In this document: piece after piece, positions 9,192 to 19,167 of the stretch | Position numbering within the stretch: position 1 is the first letter of the stretch | How the letters are laid out: every line of letters starts with the position of its first letter | Assembly: GCA_003208875.1 (NCBI GenBank) | Contig: QCUR01000001.1 | Coordinates: 96,001-160,000 of the forward strand | Source of the DNA: Prochlorococcus sp. AG-679-M23 | GTDB lineage: Bacteria > Cyanobacteriota > Cyanobacteriia > PCC-6307 > Cyanobiaceae | DNA: 64,000 bases | Reading direction: 5' to 3' | The notes under the pieces: model-generated | Told to the model about the DNA's origin: nothing | Databases searched by the model: none | Seen by the model: the letters and a program-made list of their open reading frames with translations, nothing else | Translations under genes and position numbers: made by a program

Positions 9192-10858
9192 TGTTAAGAC
9201 CGCCATTTTCGCAAGAATCAATATCTATTGATAAGTGGGATGTGATTGTCATTGGTGCAGGAGCAGCTGGTTTAATGACTTGTTTGGAATTGCCAGAAAA
9301 TTTAAATGTCCTTCTTTTAAATAGGAATACAAGTAAAAGATCATCTAGCAGATGGGCCCAAGGAGGGATTGCATCAGTAGTTAGACCTGAAGATTCTTTT
9401 GCTCTTCATGTTGAAGATACCCTAAAAGCTGGAGATGACTTGTGTGACTTATCTGCTGTTGAAATGCTTGTGAAAGAGGCTCCTGGTTGCGTAAATAGGT
9501 TACAAAATTTAGGTATGATTTTTGATCAGAGCTCAGATCAATTATCAACAACTTTAGAAGCTGCTCATTCTTGTAGAAGAGTTTTGCATGTTAAAGATAG
9601 AACAGGTAGAGCACTTGTAGAAGTCTTAGAGGATCATATCGAAAACAAGGAGAATATTTTGCATTGTAGAGGTGTGAGAGTAACAGAATTGCTTATTGAA
9701 AATGAAGTATGTAGGGGAGTTCAGGTATTAGATGGATCTAATTTATATTGGATTACTTCTAAAGCTGTTGTTTTAGCCACCGGCGGAGGGGGACACTTAT
9801 TTACTAATACTACAAATCCTGCCCAATCTGCTGGGGAAGGAATTGCTCTTTCATGGAAAGCTGGAGCTGTAATAGAGGATTTAGAATTTATTCAATTTCA
9901 TCCTACAGCATTAAAGTTTTATGGTTCTCCCTGCTTTCTAATCTCTGAAGCCCTTCGAGGCGAGGGAGCAGTTCTCGTTGATAAGAATGGTGAGAGCCCA
10001 GTAATGCATTTGGAAAATGGCGATCTAGCTACAAGAGATCAAGTTAGTAGAGCAATTATGAATAATATGCAAGAAAACGATGTTGATCATGTTGGTCTGG
10101 ATTTAAGATTTATTGATCCAGAAAAAATTGTAGAAAGATTTCCTACGATTATAAGTAGATGTCAAGATTATGGAGTTAATCCTTTAAATGAGGTGATTCC
10201 TGTTGCGCCAGCAGCTCACTATTGGATGGGAGGTGTTCATACCGATTTAAATGCATCTTCTACAATGAAAGGATTATATGCCGTGGGAGAAGTAGCCTCT
10301 ACAGGAGTGCATGGTGCAAATAGACTAGCTAGTAATTCGCTTATGGAATGCCTTGTATTTGCAAGAAAAATGTCTTCTATCGAGTTGAATGCTCCTTATA
10401 ACTTAAGAGGATTAGATAGATATACTAAGGAAATTTTTATGGATAATCCAAAGGAAGATTTTATCTTAGGTGTTTCAGATAAAATTGATTGTTTGAGAAA
10501 ATTATGCTGGTCTAATTTAGGTGTCTCCCGTAATAAAAAAAATATGACTGAACTTTTAAAAACTCTTCAATATGAGATAGATCAACTACAAAAAAATCCC
10601 TTACTTGAATGTCTTAATAAAATAGAAATTGATCAAAAATTGAAACTAAGTGAGCCAAATAGGAGAGGACTTAATTTATTGCTTGATTTGCATAATAGAC
10701 AAATTACAACATTGCTATTGTTAAAAGCTTGTCTTTTTCGAGAGGAAAGTAGAGGAGGGCATTATAGGGATGATTTCCCAATTAAAGAAACATCTTGGAA
10801 ATGCCATACTAGGCAGCAACTAAATCACGAAATAATTAAAAGGTTTATTAAAAATTAG
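9191..10858 (+). CDS. nadB: L-aspartate oxidase
   Basis: GAGAAG FAD motif, WAQGGIA, QFHPT, AAHYWMGG, GVHGANRLASNSL, ESRGGH. Confidence 0.96.
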   Translation: MLRPPFSQESISIDKWDVIVIGAGAAGLMTCLELPENLNVLLLNRNTSKRSSSRWAQGGIASVVRPEDSFALHVEDTLKAGDDLCDLSAVEMLVKEAPGCVNRLQNLGMIFDQSSDQLSTTLEAAHSCRRVLHVKDRTGRALVEVLEDHIENKENILHCRGVRVTELLIENEVCRGVQVLDGSNLYWITSKAVVLATGGGGHLFTNTTNPAQSAGEGIALSWKAGAVIEDLEFIQFHPTALKFYGSPCFLISEALRGEGAVLVDKNGESPVMHLENGDLATRDQVSRAIMNNMQENDVDHVGLDLRFIDPEKIVERFPTIISRCQDYGVNPLNEVIPVAPAAHYWMGGVHTDLNASSTMKGLYAVGEVASTGVHGANRLASNSLMECLVFARKMSSIELNAPYNLRGLDRYTKEIFMDNPKEDFILGVSDKIDCLRKLCWSNLGVSRNKKNMTELLKTLQYEIDQLQKNPLLECLNKIEIDQKLKLSEPNRRGLNLLLDLHNRQITTLLLLKACLFREESRGGHYRDDFPIKETSWKCHTRQQLNHEIIKRFIKN

Positions 10859-11783
10859 AATCGCCCTCATATTCAGTCATTATTGCTAAATCATTTAAAT
10901 CTTTGACTCCACTATATATTTCACCATTAATCTCCCATGATGGAAAGCCTTCAATCTGTTTTTCTCTGCAAAGTTTATATTGATTATCTTTACCGTCTTG
11001 TGCGCATTCTATAATCGATAACTCTTTAACTGCTTTTTTGCCAAATAGTTGTTTTTGATCATGGCAATGTGGGCACCAGTATGCGCTAAACATTTTAATA
11101 TTATTATCACTTAAATATTTAGCAAACTTAATTTTCTGGGGTGAGCTAGTTGTAGTGATTGCAGGAGATACTTTTTCTATACTTTTAGAAATATCAATTG
11201 CATTAGAAGGGTCAACACTATTTGACCATATCAATCCCCCAATAAGAACTGTTAAAACAACAATAAATCCTCTGTAAAACATAGGCTCTCTACTTTCAAA
11301 CTTTGCACCAATCATAGAGATAATAAAGATCGAAATAGATAAAATTGCCGAAAGAATACAAAAAAAACAATAAGCCTTGATTTTAAAGAACATAATATTT
11401 AGCAAAAGGATGCTAAACACAGAAGAAGCACAAGAGATTAAAAATATTGCCCACCATATAATCTTATTTAATTTTTCTTTAGGAGAAACTAAATTCAGTG
11501 ATAAAAATATTGAAAATCCTAGTATTGAACCATAAGTAATAACTCCTGCTAATGAGAGAGGAATATTGTATTGACTATTCTCGAATAATGTACCCCAAGG
11601 GCTATTTAAAACTGTTTCGCAACCATTTTTGATTCCAGGACATGAAAGAGAGTTAAATAATCCCCAATTTTTCAAGGTAATAGAGCCTGTATCAACTAAG
11701 CCAATGGTGCTCAGAATAGCAATTATAATTTTTGGCCATTTCAGATCTTTTTTATTTTTACTTTTTAAAGTCTTAAGAACCAT
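10848..11783 (-). CDS. Vitamin K epoxide reductase-thioredoxin fusion (DsbB/DsbA-like)
   Basis: Loop cysteines, CFFC in the TM domain, WCPHC in the C-terminal Trx-like domain. Confidence 0.92.
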   Translation of the reverse strand: MVLKTLKSKNKKDLKWPKIIIAILSTIGLVDTGSITLKNWGLFNSLSCPGIKNGCETVLNSPWGTLFENSQYNIPLSLAGVITYGSILGFSIFLSLNLVSPKEKLNKIIWWAIFLISCASSVFSILLLNIMFFKIKAYCFFCILSAILSISIFIISMIGAKFESREPMFYRGFIVVLTVLIGGLIWSNSVDPSNAIDISKSIEKVSPAITTTSSPQKIKFAKYLSDNNIKMFSAYWCPHCHDQKQLFGKKAVKELSIIECAQDGKDNQYKLCREKQIEGFPSWEINGEIYSGVKDLNDLAIMTEYEGDSNF

Positions 11784-11888
11784 AAGTCTGTTATCTTTGT
11801 TATTTGCAGAATCTATCCTAATATTATCTTTGAACGAGACTTATAAACAGTTTCTTTGTTAATTATTTCTTATATTTATCTAAATTAC

Positions 11889-13253
11889 GTGAAGCAAAAT
11901 AATCAAAAGGTAAAGGATAAAAAAATTTCAAAGGTTGCTTTTAGTCACGTTGGCTGTGAGAAAAATCTTGTTGATACTGAACATATGCAAGGGTTATTAG
12001 ATAAGGAGGGATATGAAGTAGGAAATGATATAGGAGATGCGAATGTGGTTGTAGTCAATACTTGTAGTTTTATAGAAACAGCTAGAGAAGAATCTATCAG
12101 GAAAATAATTGAATTTACTGATCAAGGTAAAGATGTAATAGTTGCTGGTTGTATGGCCCAGCATTTCAAAGAAGAACTTTTAGATGAAATACCTGAAATA
12201 AAAGCTTTAGTAGGAACTGGTGATTATCAAAAAATAGCTAAGGTTATCAATCGAGTAGAGAAAGGGGAAATTGTTAATGAAGTTTCAAAAATACCTGAAT
12301 TTATTGCAGATGAAAAAATTCCACGCTTTGTAGATAAAAATAAATATGTTGCTTATCTTCGTATCGCTGAAGGGTGCGATTATAAGTGTGCATTTTGTAT
12401 TATTCCTAAGTTAAGAGGGCCTCAACGCAGTAGAGATATAGAATCTATAGTTTCAGAAGCAAAAAATCTCGCAGCTCAAGGGATTCAAGAAATAATACTA
12501 ATTAGTCAAATTACAACAAATTATGGTCAAGATATTTATGGTAAACCTTCTTTAGCAAGACTATTGAAAGAACTGTCTAAAGTTTCAGTTCCTTGGATAC
12601 GAATTCATTATGCATATCCAACTGGTTTAACTGATGAAGTTATTAAAGCTTTTAAAGATTCAAATAATATTGTTCCCTATTTTGATTTACCTTTGCAACA
12701 CAGTCATCCAGATGTTCTAAAGAGTATGAATAGACCTTGGCAGGCTTCTTTAAATGAATCAATATTGAGTCAAATAAGGGAGCAAATACCATCTGCTGTA
12801 TTAAGAACAAGCTTAATTGTTGGTTTTCCAGGAGAAAATCAAAAACATTTTCAACATCTTTTAGATTTTTTGCATAGGCATGAGTTTGATCATGTTGGCG
12901 TTTTTATTTTTTCTCCGGAGGAAGGAACAAGTGCTTTCGATTTGCCAAATAGGGTACCTTCAGAAGTAGCTGATGCGAGAAAAGATAATATAATATCCAT
13001 TCAACAAAATATTTCTAAGAAAAAAAATCAGTTATATGTGGGTACTACGCTTAAAGTATTAGTAGAAAATATAGCTGAAAATAAAAAATTGATAGGACGT
13101 TCCTTTAACTTCGCTCCTGAAATAGATGGCAATGTTATCTTATCTATTAAAAATAATGAAGATAAAAAAAATTATATCGGTAAATTTGTTGAAGCAAATA
13201 TTTGTTTTGCGGATGAATATGATTTATATGGAGAGGTTATAAAAACTTTATAA
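11889..13253 (+). CDS. rimO: Ribosomal protein S12 methylthiotransferase
   Basis: [30 protein letters not shown] and a TRAM tail; GTG at 11889 is the likely start. Confidence 0.94.
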   Translation: MKQNNQKVKDKKISKVAFSHVGCEKNLVDTEHMQGLLDKEGYEVGNDIGDANVVVVNTCSFIETAREESIRKIIEFTDQGKDVIVAGCMAQHFKEELLDEIPEIKALVGTGDYQKIAKVINRVEKGEIVNEVSKIPEFIADEKIPRFVDKNKYVAYLRIAEGCDYKCAFCIIPKLRGPQRSRDIESIVSEAKNLAAQGIQEIILISQITTNYGQDIYGKPSLARLLKELSKVSVPWIRIHYAYPTGLTDEVIKAFKDSNNIVPYFDLPLQHSHPDVLKSMNRPWQASLNESILSQIREQIPSAVLRTSLIVGFPGENQKHFQHLLDFLHRHEFDHVGVFIFSPEEGTSAFDLPNRVPSEVADARKDNIISIQQNISKKKNQLYVGTTLKVLVENIAENKKLIGRSFNFAPEIDGNVILSIKNNEDKKNYIGKFVEANICFADEYDLYGEVIKTL

Positions 13254-13259
13254 ATTTTT

Positions 13260-13352
13260 TTAAATTAATTTAACTGCTCTTAAAAGTTTATCTAATAAGA
13301 AAGCGGCTCCAAAACCAAAACCTAGAAATGCAAAATAGAAAATGATGTTCAT
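13260..13352 (-). CDS. petL: Cytochrome b6f subunit 6 (PetL), 30 aa, not in ORF track
   Basis: MNIIFYFAFLGFGFGAAFLLDKLLRAVKLI: a single TM helix with the typical LRAVKLI C-terminus. Confidence 0.85.
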   Translation of the reverse strand: MNIIFYFAFLGFGFGAAFLLDKLLRAVKLI

Positions 13353-13417
13353 TTATCTTTTATATTTTTATTTAATTTAGCACCTCATTAAGAATTAGAA
13401 TTCTTTCGTTTAATTTC

Positions 13418-13804
13418 TTAATCTTGAATGTAGGGTAATTTTTTGTATAAGCATTCTTCTGCTTTTTGTAACTCTCGTCCTAAATATAAGGCATGATCAA
13501 ATCTAGATATTAGATCATTACGCTTTTCTGTTATTGCTATTCCAATCTCTTTAGCGCTAATTCCTGTGAAGGTCTCATTACAAGTTTTGATTTCTTTTGA
13601 GTCACATTTAATAGGCTCATTAGTTTTTGGATCTATTGCATATCCTTCTTTATTAATAGTATTTAAATAATGTTCTAAGATGATTTGTTTTGTCTCCAAA
13701 TCTATCTTTATAATAAAATATCCATTTGGGTCTAGCTCAATATATCTATTAGATAAATCATTATCTATATCTATTTTTTTTTCAAATATTTTAATAAAAT
13801 CCAT
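13418..13804 (-). CDS. DUF4346-domain protein
   Basis: LDPNGYFII...ISRFDHALYLGRELQKAE...YIQD motif. Confidence 0.85.
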   Translation of the reverse strand: MDFIKIFEKKIDIDNDLSNRYIELDPNGYFIIKIDLETKQIILEHYLNTINKEGYAIDPKTNEPIKCDSKEIKTCNETFTGISAKEIGIAITEKRNDLISRFDHALYLGRELQKAEECLYKKLPYIQD

Positions 13805-13868
13805 CTTCAAATTTTTAATAAAATTATATTATTAATATAAACAATTATCAGATCAAATAATTTCTATT

Positions 13869-15023
13869 TTATTTAAAAGGAATAGAATTATTTTCTAACT
13901 CAATTTCTTTCAAAGTTTGAAAATTAACTTCATTTAACCAAGGGGTAATTATATTTTTCATATTTTTGTTAAACCATTTGTGAAAACTTTTAGCACCTTT
14001 TGCATAAAACCCTCTTCTTCTTTTATGTTTACCTCCTGCTCCAGGATCAAAACTTTCAATGTTATTTTTTATTGCCCACTCAATAGGCTGGTAATAGCAT
14101 AATTCAAAATGTAAGTTAAGTACTTCTTCTTGACTACCCCAATATCTACCCCATATATATTTTTCATTTTTTATACACATTGACATTGCAATCGTACTTT
14201 CAGGATCATTTCTTGATGCACTAAAAAACAATAGATTTCTTTTATTTTCAAGAATGTTTTCAAAAAATTCAGAGGTAAGATATTTGCTACCCCATACTCC
14301 CCATCTCAAACAATGCTGCTCGTAGAAATTATGCATTTTTTGAAGCATTTCTAGATTTATATTCTCCTCTGTATGAATTTTGATCTCGAGGTTTTGTTTT
14401 GTAATTGATTTTCTTTCTTTTTTAATGTTTTTTCTTTGATTAGAATTGAATCTGGATAAAAAATCATCAAATGTCTTTTCCCCATTATTCTTCCATTCAC
14501 TACTTGTATTTATCCATTCCTGATATCCTAAGGATTGGAGATGTTTTCCCCAATCTTCTTTTACATATAAGAAATTGCAACTCAAGATATTATTTTTCAA
14601 AGCAAAGTCATCAATATGTTTTATTAATGAATTTGTAATCTCAATTTTATTTCTATTTTCTTTATATAAAAATTCATATCCATTAATAGGGCTGTAAGGG
14701 CTCATCCCAATGAGCTTAGGATAATAATTTAAATTTAAATCTTGAGCTAATTTTGCAAAGGATTGATCAAAAATAAATTCTCCATAACTATGATTTTTAA
14801 GAAAAAGTGGAGCTATTCCGCATATTTCTTCATTTTCATAAGCAACAAAATATAAAGGTTGCCATCCAGTTTGTCTTGAGACACTTTTCGATAATTCAAG
14901 GTTATAGAGCCAGTCCCATTCGTAAAATGGATTGTTGATTTCTTTTCTTAATTCATTCCATGTTTCTTTATTTATTTCTTGAATTGATAGTTTAATTTCA
15001 ATTTTGTGCTTAATATGATTCAT
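13869..15023 (-). CDS. FemAB-like / GNAT-fold transferase (DUF482-like)
   Basis: HSYGEFIFD, YYPKL, WGRYWG, LHFELCYYQPIEWAI, GAGGKHK. Confidence 0.88.
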   Translation of the reverse strand: MNHIKHKIEIKLSIQEINKETWNELRKEINNPFYEWDWLYNLELSKSVSRQTGWQPLYFVAYENEEICGIAPLFLKNHSYGEFIFDQSFAKLAQDLNLNYYPKLIGMSPYSPINGYEFLYKENRNKIEITNSLIKHIDDFALKNNILSCNFLYVKEDWGKHLQSLGYQEWINTSSEWKNNGEKTFDDFLSRFNSNQRKNIKKERKSITKQNLEIKIHTEENINLEMLQKMHNFYEQHCLRWGVWGSKYLTSEFFENILENKRNLLFFSASRNDPESTIAMSMCIKNEKYIWGRYWGSQEEVLNLHFELCYYQPIEWAIKNNIESFDPGAGGKHKRRRGFYAKGAKSFHKWFNKNMKNIITPWLNEVNFQTLKEIELENNSIPFK

Positions 15024-15035
15024 ATTTTTTTTACT

Positions 15036-15698
15036 TTAATCATCTTTAGTTTTTCTTGTGTAATGAATATATATTTCATTTCTCTCTAATTCTTGAATCG
15101 ATTTTATATTCCAAAATTGCTTTAAATTAAAAATTTTATTTGTTTGTTCAGCAGGTATCCATGTAAATTTCCCTCCAATAATTCTTGGGGCTATTGTAAT
15201 TTTGATTTCATCAATCAAATCTTCTTTTATAAAAGAATTTATAAGATTTGCCCCACCAAGAAGTGCTAGACGATTGATTCCAGCTTTTTTAATACTTAAC
15301 AAGGTTTTACTCCAGGAATTTTTGTAGAAAATTTCTTTATCAAAATCTTTAGTCTCTATTGCATCTTTTTTATTAGAGCTGATTAACCATCTTTTAATTG
15401 GTTGATTGAAATAATTCCAATCTTTTTTAAATTTTTTGCTGTTGGAGGCCACTATAGAAATAGGCTGATTTTTTGAAATTTTTATTTCGCCATTTTTACA
15501 ATGATTTTTTACTAAATATGTACTTTGATGAGCTTTTAGAGTTCCCAATCCAAAAATGGTAGCGTCAACTATTGATAAGTTTTCATCTAACATTCTCCTA
15601 TCTTCCTTACTTCCAAGATGAGATTCACCTCCACTTGGGAAGGCAATCCTTCCATCTAAACTAGAAGCGATAATCATCGCTATGCTTGGAGTATTCAA
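15036..15698 (-). CDS. RibD C-terminal (DHFR-fold) reductase family protein
   Basis: ASSLDGRIA, LLGGANL, LIDEIKITIAPRIIGG; no deaminase domain. Confidence 0.88.
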   Translation of the reverse strand: MNTPSIAMIIASSLDGRIAFPSGGESHLGSKEDRRMLDENLSIVDATIFGLGTLKAHQSTYLVKNHCKNGEIKISKNQPISIVASNSKKFKKDWNYFNQPIKRWLISSNKKDAIETKDFDKEIFYKNSWSKTLLSIKKAGINRLALLGGANLINSFIKEDLIDEIKITIAPRIIGGKFTWIPAEQTNKIFNLKQFWNIKSIQELERNEIYIHYTRKTKDD

Positions 15699-16621
15699 GC
15701 TTGAGCAACTAAAGAGTTAGTAAGATTTCTTTGCAAAGAATTTGGTACACTTTGTTCAACATAAATTTCTGCAGCATTATTTGGGCTCTCTTGAAGTTTT
15801 ATCTTGTGCAGATTTGCTCCAATTTTTTTAATCGGAGATGAGAGAATATCAGCAATGTGTAGTGCAATATTTTCACATGTTGGGACGCAAGTTTTAAAAT
15901 ATTCGATATCTTTGTTTAAGAAAGTATGATCAAAAGGTTCAACTATAAGATCATCAATAATTGCTTGTAATGAAGGTAAATCACATATCATCCCAGTTCT
16001 TGGATCAATTTTTCCTCGGACAGTTACATCGAGAAAATAATTATGTCCATGTCCATTTATTCTGGCACATTTCCCATAAATCTTCTTGTTTTCATCAAGA
16101 GAAATCTCATCTTTTGCTAATCGGTGAGCAGCATTAAAATGACTTTGAATTGTTAATAAAGCTTCCATGTTTTTTCCGTAGTAATCTGCCCATAAAGTTG
16201 GGCTTTCATAAAGTCTTAAACTTGTAAGAGGTAGTTCATCTTTTAAACGATTCCAGATAACTTTAACTAAAGCCTCAGTCGTTGGAAGAATGCCTTCTTG
16301 ACTATGAATATTAAATTCAGGCCATACGTCATTTAAAAAACGAAAATCTAATTGTCCAGTGACCTTATTCTTAATAGAATGTTTTACATCAGAAAGATTA
16401 AGGACCATTCCATCCGAGTCAAGTTTGCCCCCCATTGATACGATAAGTTCGTAATTATGGCCATGTCCTGGAGCTATACTACATTTCCCAAAAAGTGAGA
16501 AATTATCTTCTGAGCTTTTTTCAGGAAGCCAATAACGATGACTCGAACTAAAACAGGCACGTCGAGTTATGACGCATTCACGTCCCTGGCCATGTAATGG
16601 TTTGGTATGTGTAAAAGTCAT
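15695..16621 (-). CDS. Dual-domain 6-pyruvoyl-tetrahydropterin synthase family (PTPS/QueD fold)
   Basis: Two T-fold repeats, each with SxHR/AAHR, Cx5HGHNY, PTxE and ESP motifs. Confidence 0.92.
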   Translation of the reverse strand: MTFTHTKPLHGQGRECVITRRACFSSSHRYWLPEKSSEDNFSLFGKCSIAPGHGHNYELIVSMGGKLDSDGMVLNLSDVKHSIKNKVTGQLDFRFLNDVWPEFNIHSQEGILPTTEALVKVIWNRLKDELPLTSLRLYESPTLWADYYGKNMEALLTIQSHFNAAHRLAKDEISLDENKKIYGKCARINGHGHNYFLDVTVRGKIDPRTGMICDLPSLQAIIDDLIVEPFDHTFLNKDIEYFKTCVPTCENIALHIADILSSPIKKIGANLHKIKLQESPNNAAEIYVEQSVPNSLQRNLTNSLVAQA

Positions 16622-16671
16622 AAATGTCTGTAATAATACTATCTTAAGGTTTTATATACTCTTTTGTCTGT

Positions 16672-17229
16672 ATGGAAAAATCTATTATTGAGAAAACAAA
16701 CAAAATAATTAAAGGAAGAAGTATATATTTGATAGGTATGATGGCTAGTGGTAAATCTAAAACTGGTCCAGTATTAGCCGAGTTATTGAGGTATAAGTAT
16801 ATTGACCTGGATAAATTAATAGAGAATATAGCAAAAAAAACAATTAATGAAATGTTCCAGGAAGATGGAGAAAAAGCATTCCGAGAACTAGAAACAAATT
16901 GCTTAAAAGAAACAATTAAAATCCCTTCTTTAATCGTTTCTACTGGTGGAGGAATTATTTCTAAACCAGAAAACTGGGGTGTTTTAAGGCAAGGAATTAT
17001 TATTTGGATTGATACAAAGCAAGAGATTGCTCTTGAGAGGTTGAAAAAAGATATTGACAATAGACCTCTTTTACAGGGAAAAGATTTAAGTGATTTATAT
17101 AACCAAATTTTTCAATCTAGAAAAAAATTATATTCTCAGGCTGACTTAAGAGTTGAGGTTAATAAAGAAGATGTTGATGAAGTTGCAAAACAAATAGTTT
17201 ATGGAATTTACAAAAAAATTATAAATTAA
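16672..17229 (+). CDS. aroK: Shikimate kinase
   Basis: GMMASGKS, DLD, GEKAFRELE, STGGG, RPLL. Confidence 0.95.
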   Translation: MEKSIIEKTNKIIKGRSIYLIGMMASGKSKTGPVLAELLRYKYIDLDKLIENIAKKTINEMFQEDGEKAFRELETNCLKETIKIPSLIVSTGGGIISKPENWGVLRQGIIIWIDTKQEIALERLKKDIDNRPLLQGKDLSDLYNQIFQSRKKLYSQADLRVEVNKEDVDEVAKQIVYGIYKKIIN

Positions 17230-17483
17230 TCAGGTTCTACTCTCACAGCAAACCATTTAATAACGAATCCAAATTTTATTTCTAATTCATAAGTACTTTC
17301 TAACAATTCTTCGAGAAATTCCTCATTGGAATAATCTTTTTTTTGATATATAGTTGATGAATCAACCTTATGAAGCCAATTTTTTAACCATAATATTGCT
17401 TCTTTTTTAGTTACTATTTTTTCTTTTGAATCTGGCTCTAACAATACAAAATGGTCTTCAGATCTTATTAATGGATTAGACAT
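17226..17483 (-). CDS. crr7: Chlororespiratory reduction protein 7 (NDH-1 assembly factor)
   Basis: DHFVLLEP...ELEI...WFAVR motif. Confidence 0.8.
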   Translation of the reverse strand: MSNPLIRSEDHFVLLEPDSKEKIVTKKEAILWLKNWLHKVDSSTIYQKKDYSNEEFLEELLESTYELEIKFGFVIKWFAVRVEPD

Positions 17484-18192
17484 GATTAAAAATTTTTTAG
17501 GATTAATTATTTTTCTAATTATTCAAGTAATTTCTTTAGATAATGCATTTGCTTTCAATGATCATAATGTAAAAGAATTTTTAGATGAAAGAGAAAATTT
17601 ATGGCCAGAACTATACTTACCAAATTTTAAATTTTCAAATACTTCGAGAGATTTAATTTATCCTAATTGGTTTGAGGGTAATTGGCTTGTTACTTCTCAA
17701 GATTTAGAAGATGAGTCTCAAGCACCAGTGATTTACAAAGTAAATTTTTTCAAAAATAATTTAAATGAAGTTATTGGTAATCGATCAAAAAATTCTGAGT
17801 CAATTGGTAAAGCGATATTTGGTGATACTTTGATTAAAGTTGTTAATGATCCTAAATCAATTAATAAACAAATTACTTATTTAAAAGATGATTTATATAT
17901 TGATTCAAGGATCACAGGAAGAAATCAAATTCAAGATGATGATATGTTTTTTGCTGACGAATTAGTTATTCAAACTCTTCATAAACCAGGAGCATCTAGG
18001 GTTAATCAGGTCGAGACAATTAGTAAATTTCAAAAATGTAATCGTCATAATTCCAATGCAGAGAATACTTTAAAACCTAATATCTGCGGTTTTCAATATA
18101 TTGCTACATACGGTTCAAAAGTTGGAGATCCCTCAGTGCATGCAATTAAAACTAGTAAATTTAAATTATCGTTTGAATTTATTGAGAATTAG
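17482..18192 (+). CDS. Conserved exported hypothetical protein
   Basis: Signal peptide ending in AFA; DLIYPNWFEGNW motif. Confidence 0.75.
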   Translation: MIKNFLGLIIFLIIQVISLDNAFAFNDHNVKEFLDERENLWPELYLPNFKFSNTSRDLIYPNWFEGNWLVTSQDLEDESQAPVIYKVNFFKNNLNEVIGNRSKNSESIGKAIFGDTLIKVVNDPKSINKQITYLKDDLYIDSRITGRNQIQDDDMFFADELVIQTLHKPGASRVNQVETISKFQKCNRHNSNAENTLKPNICGFQYIATYGSKVGDPSVHAIKTSKFKLSFEFIEN

Positions 18193-18904
18193 CACTAAAA
18201 AGATATTCTTCTATGTTGTTTCTCCAAATAAATATATTTTCTAAATAAGGATTATTTATGTATTCTTGACAACCTTCCCCTGAAAGAATTGGTCCCGATG
18301 ATTTTGGAAATTTAAGAAGAGATAATTGTGCAGCAATTGCAATATCAGCTATTGATAAATTATCGCCTATTAAATATTTTTTATTAATTAGGGCTTTAGA
18401 TAAAGCCTCTAATATTTTTTGCAGTTCTAAATTGTCTTTGGTAGAAAAAACTACATTAGAAATTTTACTAAGATTTTTAAACGGTAATTTATCAACTAAA
18501 CCTTTTACTGAAGATGGTATTTCGTCTGGAAGTAAAGCAGTGCGTAGTTGTGGATTCTCTATTGCTGATTTAATCAGAGCTTTTCTACAAGTTGAAGCCA
18601 TAGTAGTATCAGCCCAATCTTCTATTAATTTGCATTGTGCAAACAATAAAGGATCTTCTGGAAAAAGTGGATTATTATCATTTTTTTTATTTATATATTC
18701 GCAAATAATTGTAGAGTCACTAATAATTTGATCATTATCATCAACAATTATTGGGACTTGTTTTTGACCTGATATCTTAAAGATTTCAAATTGACCTAAG
18801 CCTGGTGTAACTTCTTCAACTCTATATTGCAATTTCTTAGCGTGAAGAGCCATTCTTGTCTTTAAGCAAAAAGCGCTATGTCTAAATTGATATAATGTAA
18901 TCAT
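18179..18904 (-). CDS. Glutathione S-transferase family protein
   Basis: SAFCLK, QVP, DSTII, LSIADIA. Confidence 0.9.
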   Translation of the reverse strand: MITLYQFRHSAFCLKTRMALHAKKLQYRVEEVTPGLGQFEIFKISGQKQVPIIVDDNDQIISDSTIICEYINKKNDNNPLFPEDPLLFAQCKLIEDWADTTMASTCRKALIKSAIENPQLRTALLPDEIPSSVKGLVDKLPFKNLSKISNVVFSTKDNLELQKILEALSKALINKKYLIGDNLSIADIAIAAQLSLLKFPKSSGPILSGEGCQEYINNPYLENIFIWRNNIEEYLFSANSQ

Positions 18905-18958
18905 GCTGTTTAATGTTTGTTAAAACTTAGCTAAAAAAGTAATCAAATTGTGGAGCTA

Positions 18959-19162
18959 ATGGGCCAATTTTTCTCTAATGTTGCAAGATATCCTAAGTAT
19001 TTAATTTCTATTATTGCTGGAGGATTAGTTGCATTACTAGAACCTTTATTTAAAAACAGATCAAATCCATTAACATTGGTCGGTTTAATTTCTTCAGTAA
19101 TAAGTGCCTTCATAACATTTTATTTCGTACTAAAAGCAATGACTAATCCAATCAACTTATAA
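18959..19162 (+). CDS. DUF751-family small membrane protein
   Basis: FFSNVARYPKYLIS motif and two TM segments. Confidence 0.8.
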   Translation: MGQFFSNVARYPKYLISIIAGGLVALLEPLFKNRSNPLTLVGLISSVISAFITFYFVLKAMTNPINL

Positions 19163-19167
19163 CAATA

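Noticed and set aside
11782..11844. 8-bp inverted repeat ATAAGTCT...AGACTTAT reaching the VKOR start codon
   Set aside because: Short arms with a 47-nt spacer; not distinguishable from chance.
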